Shown one piece after another: positions 9,193 to 21,017 of a stretch of 64,000 nucleotides of DNA. The notes beneath the pieces were generated by a model that worked only from the letters and a program-made list of their open reading frames with translations, was not told where the DNA came from and made no database searches. Each line of letters starts with the position of its first letter. Position 1 is the first letter of the stretch. This stretch comes from Rickettsiales bacterium (GTDB lineage: Bacteria > Pseudomonadota > Alphaproteobacteria > Rickettsiales > UBA8987), in contig JAHDCD010000004.1 in the NCBI GenBank assembly GCA_020630095.1, positions 83,251 through 147,250 on the forward strand, given 5' to 3'. Both the position numbers and the translations under genes were made by a program.

Positions 9193-9597
9193 ATGAAACA
9201 CGAAGAAATCCTAAATGCCTCATACGAGGCAATCCTAAAGACCTTCCCGAATGTATTTGAGCTAAAGAAAGGTCAACCTGAAGCATATAATTTAGATCAG
9301 CTAAATATATGCACGCTTAAATATCTAGCCGAAGAATCAACGCATTTAATGTTTTCTATGACTTTTAGCTTCAGAGAAGAGCATGGCATTATTGAAGATA
9401 GAAGAATTGTTATAATCCTCGCTAAAAACTCAAGAAATGCAGTTCCTAAAGCAATTTGGTTTAATGGTGGTAATAGTAGTCGATGGGATAGTCGTTCTCA
9501 AGATGGTATATTAAGGGTGCACTATAGAATGTTAATTCGTTGGCTAGACCAAGTTAATGAATCTAGCCAACTTTCATTAAAAGCTAACCACAATTAA
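9193..9597 (+). CDS. Hypothetical early protein
   Basis: 134-aa ORF. Its last codons and stop are formed by 11-mer copy 4. Confidence 0.5.
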   Translation: MKHEEILNASYEAILKTFPNVFELKKGQPEAYNLDQLNICTLKYLAEESTHLMFSMTFSFREEHGIIEDRRIVIILAKNSRNAVPKAIWFNGGNSSRWDSRSQDGILRVHYRMLIRWLDQVNESSQLSLKANHN

Positions 9598-9598
9598 C
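9588..9598 (+). promoter_or_regulatory. Element-specific 11-mer CCACAATTAAC, copy 4
   Basis: Exact match overlapping the stop codon at 9595-9597, 17 nt before the ATG at 9616. Confidence 0.55.
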
Positions 9599-9615
9599 GA
9601 TATTTGGGTAAAGTT

Positions 9616-9852
9616 ATGCATTGCAGTAAAGAAAAGAAATTTATTAAAACATATACAACTAAACAAGCGCCTGAAGGTTGTACCTTCAAAGTTGGCGATA
9701 TTGTTACTTATAAAAATGAGTTTGGAGCATTATTTAAAAATCAAATCATTACTGGATTTGCATTAGAGCCGCTTAACGGTCGTTTTATTCATTTAGCAAA
9801 AGATGCCTACTGGTTTCCAGTTAAGGCATCAGAAATCAAAAAACAAAATTAA
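9616..9852 (+). CDS. Hypothetical small protein
   Basis: ORF track starts at TTG 9604. The first ATG is at 9616 (MHCSKEKK...), giving 78 aa. Confidence 0.45.
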   Translation: MHCSKEKKFIKTYTTKQAPEGCTFKVGDIVTYKNEFGALFKNQIITGFALEPLNGRFIHLAKDAYWFPVKASEIKKQN

Positions 9853-9864
9853 GGAGTTTATATT

Positions 9865-10269
9865 ATGTCATTTAATTCAAAAAAACTACAAACCTCAGGT
9901 TTTAATAAACTAAACGAGATGCTACCGTTTTTAAAAGATAGTATCAAAAATCAGGACAGCCATTACGGTTTATATTCTGAAACTTCGCCTGACATATCCA
10001 TTACAATTTTATTAAAGGATAATGAGGTATTAACTTTAGCACTTGCTCATTTCAATTCTTTTAATGGCAAATTAATTGCAGACCCTCAAATTACTATGGA
10101 AGTTAATTACAACCTTAAAACGGCTTATCCTATTGATTATAAGGACAAAGCTAAGCGGTTAACAGTTTTATCTCCTGAAGATGAAAATCTATTAGAAATT
10201 TTAAGGTTTCTAAATCATTGGCTAAGTAACCTATCGAATCATACCTACAAACTTGAATCAACTATCTAG
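9865..10269 (+). CDS. Hypothetical protein, paralog A of a tandem pair
   Basis: Shares LNxxMPFLKDS, ALxHY/F..NG.LIxDPxITMEV and FLNxWLSNL blocks with the next ORF. Confidence 0.55.
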   Translation: MSFNSKKLQTSGFNKLNEMLPFLKDSIKNQDSHYGLYSETSPDISITILLKDNEVLTLALAHFNSFNGKLIADPQITMEVNYNLKTAYPIDYKDKAKRLTVLSPEDENLLEILRFLNHWLSNLSNHTYKLESTI

Positions 10270-10279
10270 GAGAAACATT

Positions 10280-10675
10280 ATGGAAACTAAATTAGTAAAA
10301 TCCCAGCAAAATATATTTAAAAAGCTTAATAAGCTTATGCCATTTTTAAAAGATAGTAATGATTACTATTTTAAGCTCAAAGCTTCAGGATATATGGATT
10401 TATCAGTCGATATCCTCAGTAAGAGCGATGAAACTATAACTATTGCCCTATCTCATTATTTTGAACAGAATGGCGATTTAATTCCTGACCCTGACATTAC
10501 AATGGAAGTTGATTTTAAAGAGCAAACTGTGCTTCCGCTAGCCTATCAAGATAGCTTTGGTTATAGAAGTGCTGTAGTAGATGATAAGCCAGTTGAGAAG
10601 GCTGTAAAAGATTTACTTTCATTCTTAAACACTTGGCTAAGCAACCTAGCTAATCAAGGTCATAAAATAGCCTAA
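10280..10675 (+). CDS. Hypothetical protein, paralog B of a tandem pair
   Basis: Start refined to ATG 10280 (METKLVK), preceded by aggaga at 10268-10273. Colinear similarity to 9865-10269. Confidence 0.55.
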   Translation: METKLVKSQQNIFKKLNKLMPFLKDSNDYYFKLKASGYMDLSVDILSKSDETITIALSHYFEQNGDLIPDPDITMEVDFKEQTVLPLAYQDSFGYRSAVVDDKPVEKAVKDLLSFLNTWLSNLANQGHKIA

Positions 10676-10737
10676 AAATGAGTGTGAGAGCTATTTTTAG
10701 GTGTTAATTGTATTACTCCGTTATATAAATAAATTAA

Positions 10738-10748
10738 CCACAATTAAC
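10738..10748 (+). promoter_or_regulatory. Element-specific 11-mer CCACAATTAAC, copy 5
   Basis: Exact match, 13 nt before the ATG at 10762. A partial inverted copy, gttaattgt, lies at 10703-10711. Confidence 0.6.
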
Positions 10749-10761
10749 AAACGGAGATAAT

Positions 10762-11151
10762 ATGCAGACTAGCAATTTTTTTAATTTTACAGGTAATGGT
10801 AGAATCGCAATTTCAAGAAGCGTGCCTAGAGGTTTAACTTCAGGCTATCGCATCTACAGAAAACTTGCCCCAGGTGCTTGGTTTAAGGATTATAACGGTA
10901 ATCAAGCACTTTATAGAGAGCGTTACTTCAACGATATCTTATCTAAGCTTAATCCTGCTCAAGAATATGATATATTGCATGACTTAGTTAAAGGTCATGA
11001 GCCTATCTTATTATGTTGGGAAGATATCAATAAAAAAGGTCAATGGTGTCATAGACGCATGGTTGCCGAATGGTTCAAAGCTGAATTAGGCGTTTCTATT
11101 CCTGAATATAAGCCTGAAGCTAAACCCCTTCCACTATTTAATAATATTTAG
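10762..11151 (+). CDS. DUF488-like protein (putative)
   Basis: 129 aa. The layout (short N-terminal strand, LLCWEDINKKGQWCHRRMVAEWF near the C-terminus) resembles DUF488. From memory, unverified. Confidence 0.4.
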   Translation: MQTSNFFNFTGNGRIAISRSVPRGLTSGYRIYRKLAPGAWFKDYNGNQALYRERYFNDILSKLNPAQEYDILHDLVKGHEPILLCWEDINKKGQWCHRRMVAEWFKAELGVSIPEYKPEAKPLPLFNNI

Positions 11152-11157
11152 AATTTG

Positions 11158-11226
11158 GAGCGGCTACAAGGGATCGCACCTTGCTATTAGAGGGGAACTC
11201 TAATATCCAACTAATGGTCGCCGCGC
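11158..11226 (+). ncRNA. GC-rich structured element (two hairpins closed by a GCGGC/GCCGC stem); terminator or small RNA candidate
   Basis: Hairpins caagg-gatcgca-ccttg (11167-11183) and attagag-gggaa-ctctaat (11186-11204) are enclosed by gcggc (11160-11164) and gccgc (11220-11224), then followed by attttgt. Confidence 0.3.
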
Positions 11227-11310
11227 ATTTTGTAATAATACATTGATTTATATAGATATATTGCCGATAAAACCTTTACGGCAAAACCATTTTGGCTACA
11301 ATAATTTTAC

Positions 11311-11321
11311 CCACAATTAAC
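11311..11321 (+). promoter_or_regulatory. Element-specific 11-mer CCACAATTAAC, copy 6
   Basis: Exact match upstream of the long ParB-like gene, 29 nt before the ATG at 11351. Confidence 0.6.
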
Positions 11322-11350
11322 ATTTGCCGCATTTGCGGAGGAGTAAAATT

Positions 11351-13042
11351 ATGCAGAATATACCACTAAAATCATTATCTGTTTCTAAAGAATATAATGT
11401 TCGTAAAACCTCAACTAGCGCAGGCTTAGAGCAATTAAAGGCCAGTATTAAATCTCATGGATTACTTGAGAATTTATTAGTTATACAGCAAGGCAATAAG
11501 TTTGAAGTTATTGCAGGTGGCAGAAGATTAACTGCACTCAAAGAGCTTTCTAAAGAAGGCGATATCGCCAATGATTATAAAGTTCCGTGCGAACTTGTTT
11601 CATCTGACAATGCAGAAGAATTAAGCCTTGCTGAAAATTCTATTCGTGAACCAATGAATCCTGCTGATGAGTTTGAGGCATGGCAAAAGCTTGCTGATAA
11701 GGGCTTATCTATAGCTGATATATCTGCTAGATTTGCTGTAAGCGAAGATATGGTTAGAAAGCGTCTAAAGCTTGCTAATGTATCGAAAATTATATTTCAG
11801 GCATATCGAGATGAAAAGATAAACCTTGAATGTTTAATGGCTTATACAATTTCAGATAACCATAAGCATCAAGAAGAGGTATTTATTCAACTCAAAGACA
11901 CTTACAATCATAGCCCTTGGCAAATTAAAAGTTCTTTATCAAAGGATAAATACGATTCTTCAGACTCTATAGCTAAATATGTAGGTTTAGAGCCTTATGC
12001 AATAGCAGGTGGTGCTTACACTCAAGACTTATTCGAGGAAGTTACCTATTTTGCAGATACTGAATTATTAGAGCAACTTGCTAAGGATAAGTTAGAAGCT
12101 AGGGCTGAATCTATTTGTAATAACTGGAAATGGGTAAAAGTTATCCTGAAAAGCAGTTATGAAGATATTTATAATTATGAACGCTTATATGCCGGTGCTA
12201 CAGAATATTCTCAAGAGCAACGTGATATATCAGGCTGTATAGTTACCATTGGCTATAATGGCGAAGAGCAAATACACGAAGGTTTAGTCCTTCCTGAAGA
12301 TAGCATTAAAAAACAAGATGATTCATCAAAATCAAATTCTGATGAGCCTACTTCTGAATATAGCCGTTCCTTAAATGACCTTCTTAGCTTTTACCGCTTG
12401 CATTATGTTAAAACCAATATTGCAAAAGATTTCGAGCTATCATTTGATGTATTTGTTTATCAAATGAGCGTAAAGCTTTTATCTGATGATTATTTATCAT
12501 GGTCTGAAGATTGGCTTAAAATCAGTCCTGAAAAATTCTATTACGGTACAAATGCTCTAGAAAAGGATTCTAGCTTAGCCGAAATGGAACAATCAGAAAA
12601 TGAGTTTTATTCCAAACTTCCACTAGATTGGCTTAATTATGAAACTCCTAATGAAAGATTTGAGGCGTTTCGTAAGATTAAACAATCTGATAAAGAAAAA
12701 CTCTTTTCAGCCTGCATTGCTAGAACTCTAAAACCTCAACTAGCTGATAATACAGGAAGTAAGGTTTATGAATCTGCCATTTCATCTCTTGAGATAGATT
12801 TTACCAAAAAATGGCGACCAACTAAGGATAATTTCTTTAATCGAGTGACTAAAACTCAATTACTAGATATTGGTTTAGATGTAATCGGCACAGAATTTGT
12901 TGATAAATATAACAAGCTCAAGAAAGGCGAAATTGTCGATATTCTACACAGCATCTTTAATGAGCCTGAAAAGCATAAGCTAGATAAAGAACAGCTAAAG
13001 CTAGTTCAAAACTGGCTACCTGAAGGCTTTGTTAAGAGTTAA
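11351..13042 (+). CDS. Large ParB N-terminal-domain protein (ParB/Srx fold plus long uncharacterised C-terminal region)
   Basis: Start refined to ATG 11351 (ggagg at 11336-11340). Shows VIAGGRRLTALKEL and LSLAENSIREPMNPADE ParB-box patterns, followed by about 400 aa with no family I recognise. Confidence 0.7.
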   Translation: MQNIPLKSLSVSKEYNVRKTSTSAGLEQLKASIKSHGLLENLLVIQQGNKFEVIAGGRRLTALKELSKEGDIANDYKVPCELVSSDNAEELSLAENSIREPMNPADEFEAWQKLADKGLSIADISARFAVSEDMVRKRLKLANVSKIIFQAYRDEKINLECLMAYTISDNHKHQEEVFIQLKDTYNHSPWQIKSSLSKDKYDSSDSIAKYVGLEPYAIAGGAYTQDLFEEVTYFADTELLEQLAKDKLEARAESICNNWKWVKVILKSSYEDIYNYERLYAGATEYSQEQRDISGCIVTIGYNGEEQIHEGLVLPEDSIKKQDDSSKSNSDEPTSEYSRSLNDLLSFYRLHYVKTNIAKDFELSFDVFVYQMSVKLLSDDYLSWSEDWLKISPEKFYYGTNALEKDSSLAEMEQSENEFYSKLPLDWLNYETPNERFEAFRKIKQSDKEKLFSACIARTLKPQLADNTGSKVYESAISSLEIDFTKKWRPTKDNFFNRVTKTQLLDIGLDVIGTEFVDKYNKLKKGEIVDILHSIFNEPEKHKLDKEQLKLVQNWLPEGFVKS

Positions 13043-13146
13043 TGCTCTGTTTTATATGGGTTTTTTAGTCCGCATAGAGTCGATAACTCTGTACGGCTAA
13101 CTAACCTATTGATATAATTGAACTATATAAAACAACTCTCAATATC

Positions 13147-14061
13147 ATGAAACAAGGCACAGTAAGTAAAGCGGTTAATTCGCAAATAAGCGAAGTTAAA
13201 ACTTCAAAACTTTATGGCAATCCTGAACAAGCTAGAAAAATCTTTGATGCTGATAAGTTGAACGAATTAGCATCTTCCATTAAAGAGCAAGGCTTAATGA
13301 ATCCAATCGTAGTTCGTCCTGACAATAATGGCAATTATATGATTGTAGCAGGAGAAAGGCGTTTTAGAGCCTGTTCTCAAATCCTTAAGCTAGAATCCGT
13401 GCCAGTTATTATTAAGCAAATCTCTGATGCAGATTTAACCTATCAAATGATTATCGAAAACCTGCAAAGACAGGATATTTCGCCAATGGAAGAAGCTAGA
13501 GCTTATGCTAAAGCTATGCAAGACCATGAAATTGATGCTAAACAACTAGCTAAGAAACTAGGTATAGCACAGCCTCATAGAATTACTGATAGGGTTGCTT
13601 TATTAGCCTTGAAGGAAGATTATCAAGATTATCTGGCGCAAGGTATTATAACGCCTAGCCAAGCATATTACATGGCTCAAGTTAATAAGCCTAATCAAGA
13701 TGCTTTCTTCAGAATGATCCGTGAAGGCAAATGCGACAACGCCTCACTTGCCAATGTTGCTCAAGCTTTCATTGATGCTGAAAGCCAAAGTATTTTTGAT
13801 TTTGATATGCCAATCTTAAGCCAAGAAGAAGTTTCAACCATTAACAATATAGAAAACAGCATTGAGCGAATGTTTAAAATCGCATCAAAATGTTTCAATG
13901 ATGATGGCGAAATTACAATCTTACAGAAAATTGACAGCAATAAGGCTTCAACCATTGCAGACAAAATCAAAGTAATCTGCTCTTCAATGCAATCTGTTGA
14001 AAAGAAGCTTCGTGAACCACTAGCAAAAAAGAATGTTTTTGAGCAAATTAAAACCGCTTAG
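13147..14061 (+). CDS. ParB/Spo0J family partition protein
   Basis: MIVAGERRFRAC and IENLQRQDISPMEEARAY are classic ParB boxes, followed by an HTH region (LAKKLGIAQPHRITDRVAL). Confidence 0.8.
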   Translation: MKQGTVSKAVNSQISEVKTSKLYGNPEQARKIFDADKLNELASSIKEQGLMNPIVVRPDNNGNYMIVAGERRFRACSQILKLESVPVIIKQISDADLTYQMIIENLQRQDISPMEEARAYAKAMQDHEIDAKQLAKKLGIAQPHRITDRVALLALKEDYQDYLAQGIITPSQAYYMAQVNKPNQDAFFRMIREGKCDNASLANVAQAFIDAESQSIFDFDMPILSQEEVSTINNIENSIERMFKIASKCFNDDGEITILQKIDSNKASTIADKIKVICSSMQSVEKKLREPLAKKNVFEQIKTA

Positions 14062-14411
14062 TTGGTTAGGCAGAAAAAATGATTTTAATGAAATTCCCTT
14101 TTTTTAGGCTCCAATAATTCCAAAATTGCCGCGCAAAAAATTGATAAAAGGATTATCTTTCTACGGAACAAATTGGAAAAATATATGAGAAATAAAAGAA
14201 GCAAATTAGCTTCATAAATCAAGGATTCTAGCCATAAAAAAAGCTTCTCAAAGGAAGCTCTTTAAACGCAACAATGCGATTGTTCTTTTATAGATAAATC
14301 GAGCGTTACACAGAGTCAAGTAATTTTGTAAAAATTGGTGTTTTTTGACTAAAAACTAGATAAAACATATACAAAACTGGAAAAAACATAGTTATTATTA
14401 AGATAAATTAA

Positions 14412-14777
14412 TTGAATCTTAACCTATTGTCATTTAGCATTAATGCACAAGTGAAGTCATTTATTACATATTTCTCGGTGTTTTTACTGTTATTTGCTAA
14501 CATGGCGAATGCAGAGATGCTGTGCTGTTCAGATCATGCTGACGAGAATAATGTAGTATCTAGCTTAGATAATGAACATGATGATGACAATAATTCAGAT
14601 ACAGCATCTTCGTGTGATTGCTGTGCTTGTGCTAGCCATCATAATAATTTTAGTATGAGTAATGGCTTAGGCTTCTCTTATAATATTAGTCTAGAATATA
14701 ATAGAATCTCACTACAAAGCTCAAATTTATATAGTGACGATAATTATAGTTCACTCTATCGCCCTCCGATTGCTTAA
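14412..14777 (+). CDS. Small secreted Cys/His/Asp-rich protein preceding the RND operon (DUF2946-like?)
   Basis: TTG-start ORF with a hydrophobic N-terminus, CC..H..CDCCACASHH cluster and C-terminal YRPPIA. A similar small ORF lies at 45431-45754. The start codon is uncertain. Confidence 0.4.
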   Translation: MNLNLLSFSINAQVKSFITYFSVFLLLFANMANAEMLCCSDHADENNVVSSLDNEHDDDNNSDTASSCDCCACASHHNNFSMSNGLGFSYNISLEYNRISLQSSNLYSDDNYSSLYRPPIA

Positions 14778-14819
14778 ATTTCTTAATTAGAAACTTAAGT
14801 TAATTTAATCGGAATAATC

Positions 14820-16109
14820 ATGAAAAGAATAATAATCTGTAGCCTTATAATGGCTACTTCTGCGACTTATAGCATTAATGTATCTGCTAAAGAATCGCAT
14901 AGTAAACATCAACATAATAGCGTTGATTCAGTATATAAAAACAGGCAAACGCTAACTTTAGAGCAAGTAACGGATATTGCTTTGAAGTATTCGCCTGAGC
15001 TTAAATCTGTATCAAATGATATAGAAATTGCGAAGGCTAATAAGCTACAAGCAGGAGCATATAATAACCCTGAAATATTCTTTGAGGCAGAGAATATATT
15101 AGGCTCTGGTGTTTATAATGAGTTTGATTCTGCTGAATATAATGCAGGTATATCGCAGGAATTTGAACTTGGCAGAAAACGAGATGCTCGCAAGCAAATT
15201 GCTTTATCGCAAATAGACCAAGCTGAACTGAAAATTGATATAATAAAGCAGAAAATCAAGCGAGAGATTCACTTGGCTTATGCTCAAATTTTATCCGAAG
15301 AAGAGGAGCTGGAGCTTTCTTATAAGCAAGTAAGCCTTGCTAAAGATATGCTAAAATCAGTATCTAAACGAGTTAAGCAAGCTGCTGAAAGCGAGATACA
15401 GCAGAGCAAAGCTGAAATTATGCTTTCTAATGCTGAATTGAAATTAAAGCAGAATAAGAATCGCTTAAAATATTCAAAAGCAAAATTGGCAAGATTAATG
15501 GGTATTGAAAAGATTGATTTTTCGTTAGATCATTCACATTTCTTTGAGGCAAATAAACCTAAAGAAGTTGAGCATTATACCGCTAAAATTGGCAATATCT
15601 CTGATATTAAGCAATTTGAATATATCAAAGCTGAACTTGCGGCTAACTTAAAATATAATGAATATGAAAGCCTACCTAATCCTAATGTAAATATAGGTTA
15701 TCGTAATTTTTCAGATAGTGATGACCATGCTTTTATAGTTGGCGTTAGTCTGCCTATTCCAGTTTTTAATAAGAATGAAGGTGGTATTGCTAAAGCTAGG
15801 GCGGAACTCTCTAAAGCCGATTCAAGTCTTTCATTATTAAAGTTAGAATTAGAACAGCAGGTTCTTGAGCAATGGCAGATGCTTAATTCATCTTATCTTG
15901 AAGTTGAAGAGCTAAAGAAAAGCCTTATTCCATCAGCGGAGAAAGCCTTTAATCAAGCAAGTAGCAATTATGAGAGAGGTAAGTTCTCTTATCTTGAGGT
16001 GCTTGATACTCAACGCACATTATCGGAAGTAAAAGAGCAATATTACCAGTCCCTTAAAAATTACCATATCGCACAGGCGAATATTGAACGCCTAACATCA
16101 GGAGAATAA
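14820..16109 (+). CDS. czcC: Outer-membrane efflux protein (TolC/CzcC family)
   Basis: 429 aa, signal peptide, two-repeat OEP-type coiled pattern. First gene of a C-B-A RND operon with 2-nt and 21-nt gaps. Confidence 0.8.
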   Translation: MKRIIICSLIMATSATYSINVSAKESHSKHQHNSVDSVYKNRQTLTLEQVTDIALKYSPELKSVSNDIEIAKANKLQAGAYNNPEIFFEAENILGSGVYNEFDSAEYNAGISQEFELGRKRDARKQIALSQIDQAELKIDIIKQKIKREIHLAYAQILSEEEELELSYKQVSLAKDMLKSVSKRVKQAAESEIQQSKAEIMLSNAELKLKQNKNRLKYSKAKLARLMGIEKIDFSLDHSHFFEANKPKEVEHYTAKIGNISDIKQFEYIKAELAANLKYNEYESLPNPNVNIGYRNFSDSDDHAFIVGVSLPIPVFNKNEGGIAKARAELSKADSSLSLLKLELEQQVLEQWQMLNSSYLEVEELKKSLIPSAEKAFNQASSNYERGKFSYLEVLDTQRTLSEVKEQYYQSLKNYHIAQANIERLTSGE

Positions 16110-16111
16110 CT

Positions 16112-17173
16112 ATGAAAAAATATATTTTATCAGCAATGTTAATTACATTACTTTCAAGCCCATCTTTTGCCGAAGAAGGGCATAATCACGACCATGACGA
16201 ACATAAACATGAAAAGCATGATTCTGATAACCGCAAAGGACATGACCACGATGAACATGGGCATGAAGAGGAAGATCATGATGACCATGATGATCACAAA
16301 GGGCATGGCGACCATGAAGGACATGAACATTCAGAACATGGAGACGATGAGCATGAAGAAGGCGTAGTAGAAATTGATGATGAAGCAGCAATGAAAGCTG
16401 GCATTAAGACTTCAATGGCTCAATCTGGCAAGATCACAAATGAATTATCATTGAATGGTAAGGTAATATTTGATAAAAATCGCTATACAGAAGTGAAAGC
16501 TCGTTTTGATGGTATTGTCAAAAGCGTAAAAGCAAAATGGGGTGATAGTGTATCGAAAGGGCAAACATTAGCATTAATTGAAGCAAATGAGAGCCTAAGA
16601 AGTTATTCTGTTAAATCTCCCATATCGGGCAAAGTTATTGAGCGTCATACGAATGTTGGCGATGTAACGGGCGATAAGGCTTTATTTAAAATAGCTGATT
16701 TATCGAAAGTATGGGCGGAGTTTCATATATTTACATCCGATTCTAAGAAAATCAAAAAAGGGCAAATAGTTCATATTTCCATGGCAGATAGCACCCATGA
16801 AATTGAAGCACCCATTAAGATGATTTTGCCAACGGCAGATGCACAAAGTCAAACATTAATTGCTATTGTTGAGATCGACAATAAATCGGGTAATTGGCGA
16901 CCAAATATGATGGTTGAGGGTATTGTTGAAACAGGCTCAACTAAAGCAGATATTACGGTTCACAAGGAGGCATTGCAACGCACTCCCGAAGGCTTTGTTA
17001 TCTATGTTAAAGAAGGCGATAAATATGAACAACGCCATGTAGAGGTTGGGCAAGAGAACTCTAAGTTTATTGAAATTCTAGAAGGTATTGAAGTTGGCGA
17101 AGAATATGTATCCAAAGGCAGTTTTATTATCAAAGCAGATATTGGCAAAGCCGAAGCTGAACACGACCATTAA
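16112..17173 (+). CDS. czcB: RND efflux membrane-fusion protein (CzcB family) with a His/Asp/Glu-rich N-terminal extension
   Basis: Signal peptide, then about 60 aa of HxH/DHD repeats, then lipoyl/beta-barrel MFP patterns (GQTLALIEA, SGKVIERH). Confidence 0.85.
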   Translation: MKKYILSAMLITLLSSPSFAEEGHNHDHDEHKHEKHDSDNRKGHDHDEHGHEEEDHDDHDDHKGHGDHEGHEHSEHGDDEHEEGVVEIDDEAAMKAGIKTSMAQSGKITNELSLNGKVIFDKNRYTEVKARFDGIVKSVKAKWGDSVSKGQTLALIEANESLRSYSVKSPISGKVIERHTNVGDVTGDKALFKIADLSKVWAEFHIFTSDSKKIKKGQIVHISMADSTHEIEAPIKMILPTADAQSQTLIAIVEIDNKSGNWRPNMMVEGIVETGSTKADITVHKEALQRTPEGFVIYVKEGDKYEQRHVEVGQENSKFIEILEGIEVGEEYVSKGSFIIKADIGKAEAEHDH

Positions 17174-20912
<3,739 letters not shown>

Positions 20913-20970
20913 AAAGTTAAACTAAATTCTTTTAGATAATCTTTGTTTTTATAGTTAAACAATATAGCCC

Positions 20971-21017
20971 TTGACATACCCCGATTAGGTATGTTAATAT
21001 ACCCCTATGAGGTATAT
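20971..21017 (+). promoter_or_regulatory. Sigma70-type promoter (TTGACA-18-TAATAT) overlapped by two CsoR-type inverted-repeat operators
   Basis: TTGACA at 20971-20976 and TAATAT at 20995-21000. IR1 is CATACC-N7-GGTATG (20975-20993). IR2 is ATATACC-N7-GGTATAT (20997-21017). Confidence 0.6.

Noticed and set aside
11330-11340. atttgcggagg resembles the 3' end of tRNA-fMet (ttgcggagg); considered as an att remnant
   Set aside because: The match is only about 9 nt, and it contains the Shine-Dalgarno sequence of the ParB-like gene. That is too short to be meaningful.
14240-14262. Hairpin agcttc-tcaaag-gaagct flanked by an A-run; it would be a minus-strand intrinsic terminator
   Set aside because: No minus-strand gene or convincing ORF ends there, and on the plus strand it lacks a T-tract. 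I cannot assign a function from sequence alone.
16143-16391. ORFs 16143-16391 (-) and 16167-16367 (+) rich in His, Met or Leu
   Set aside because: They are alternative-frame readings of the cat/gat/gaa repeat that encodes the His-rich tail of the CzcB-like protein.
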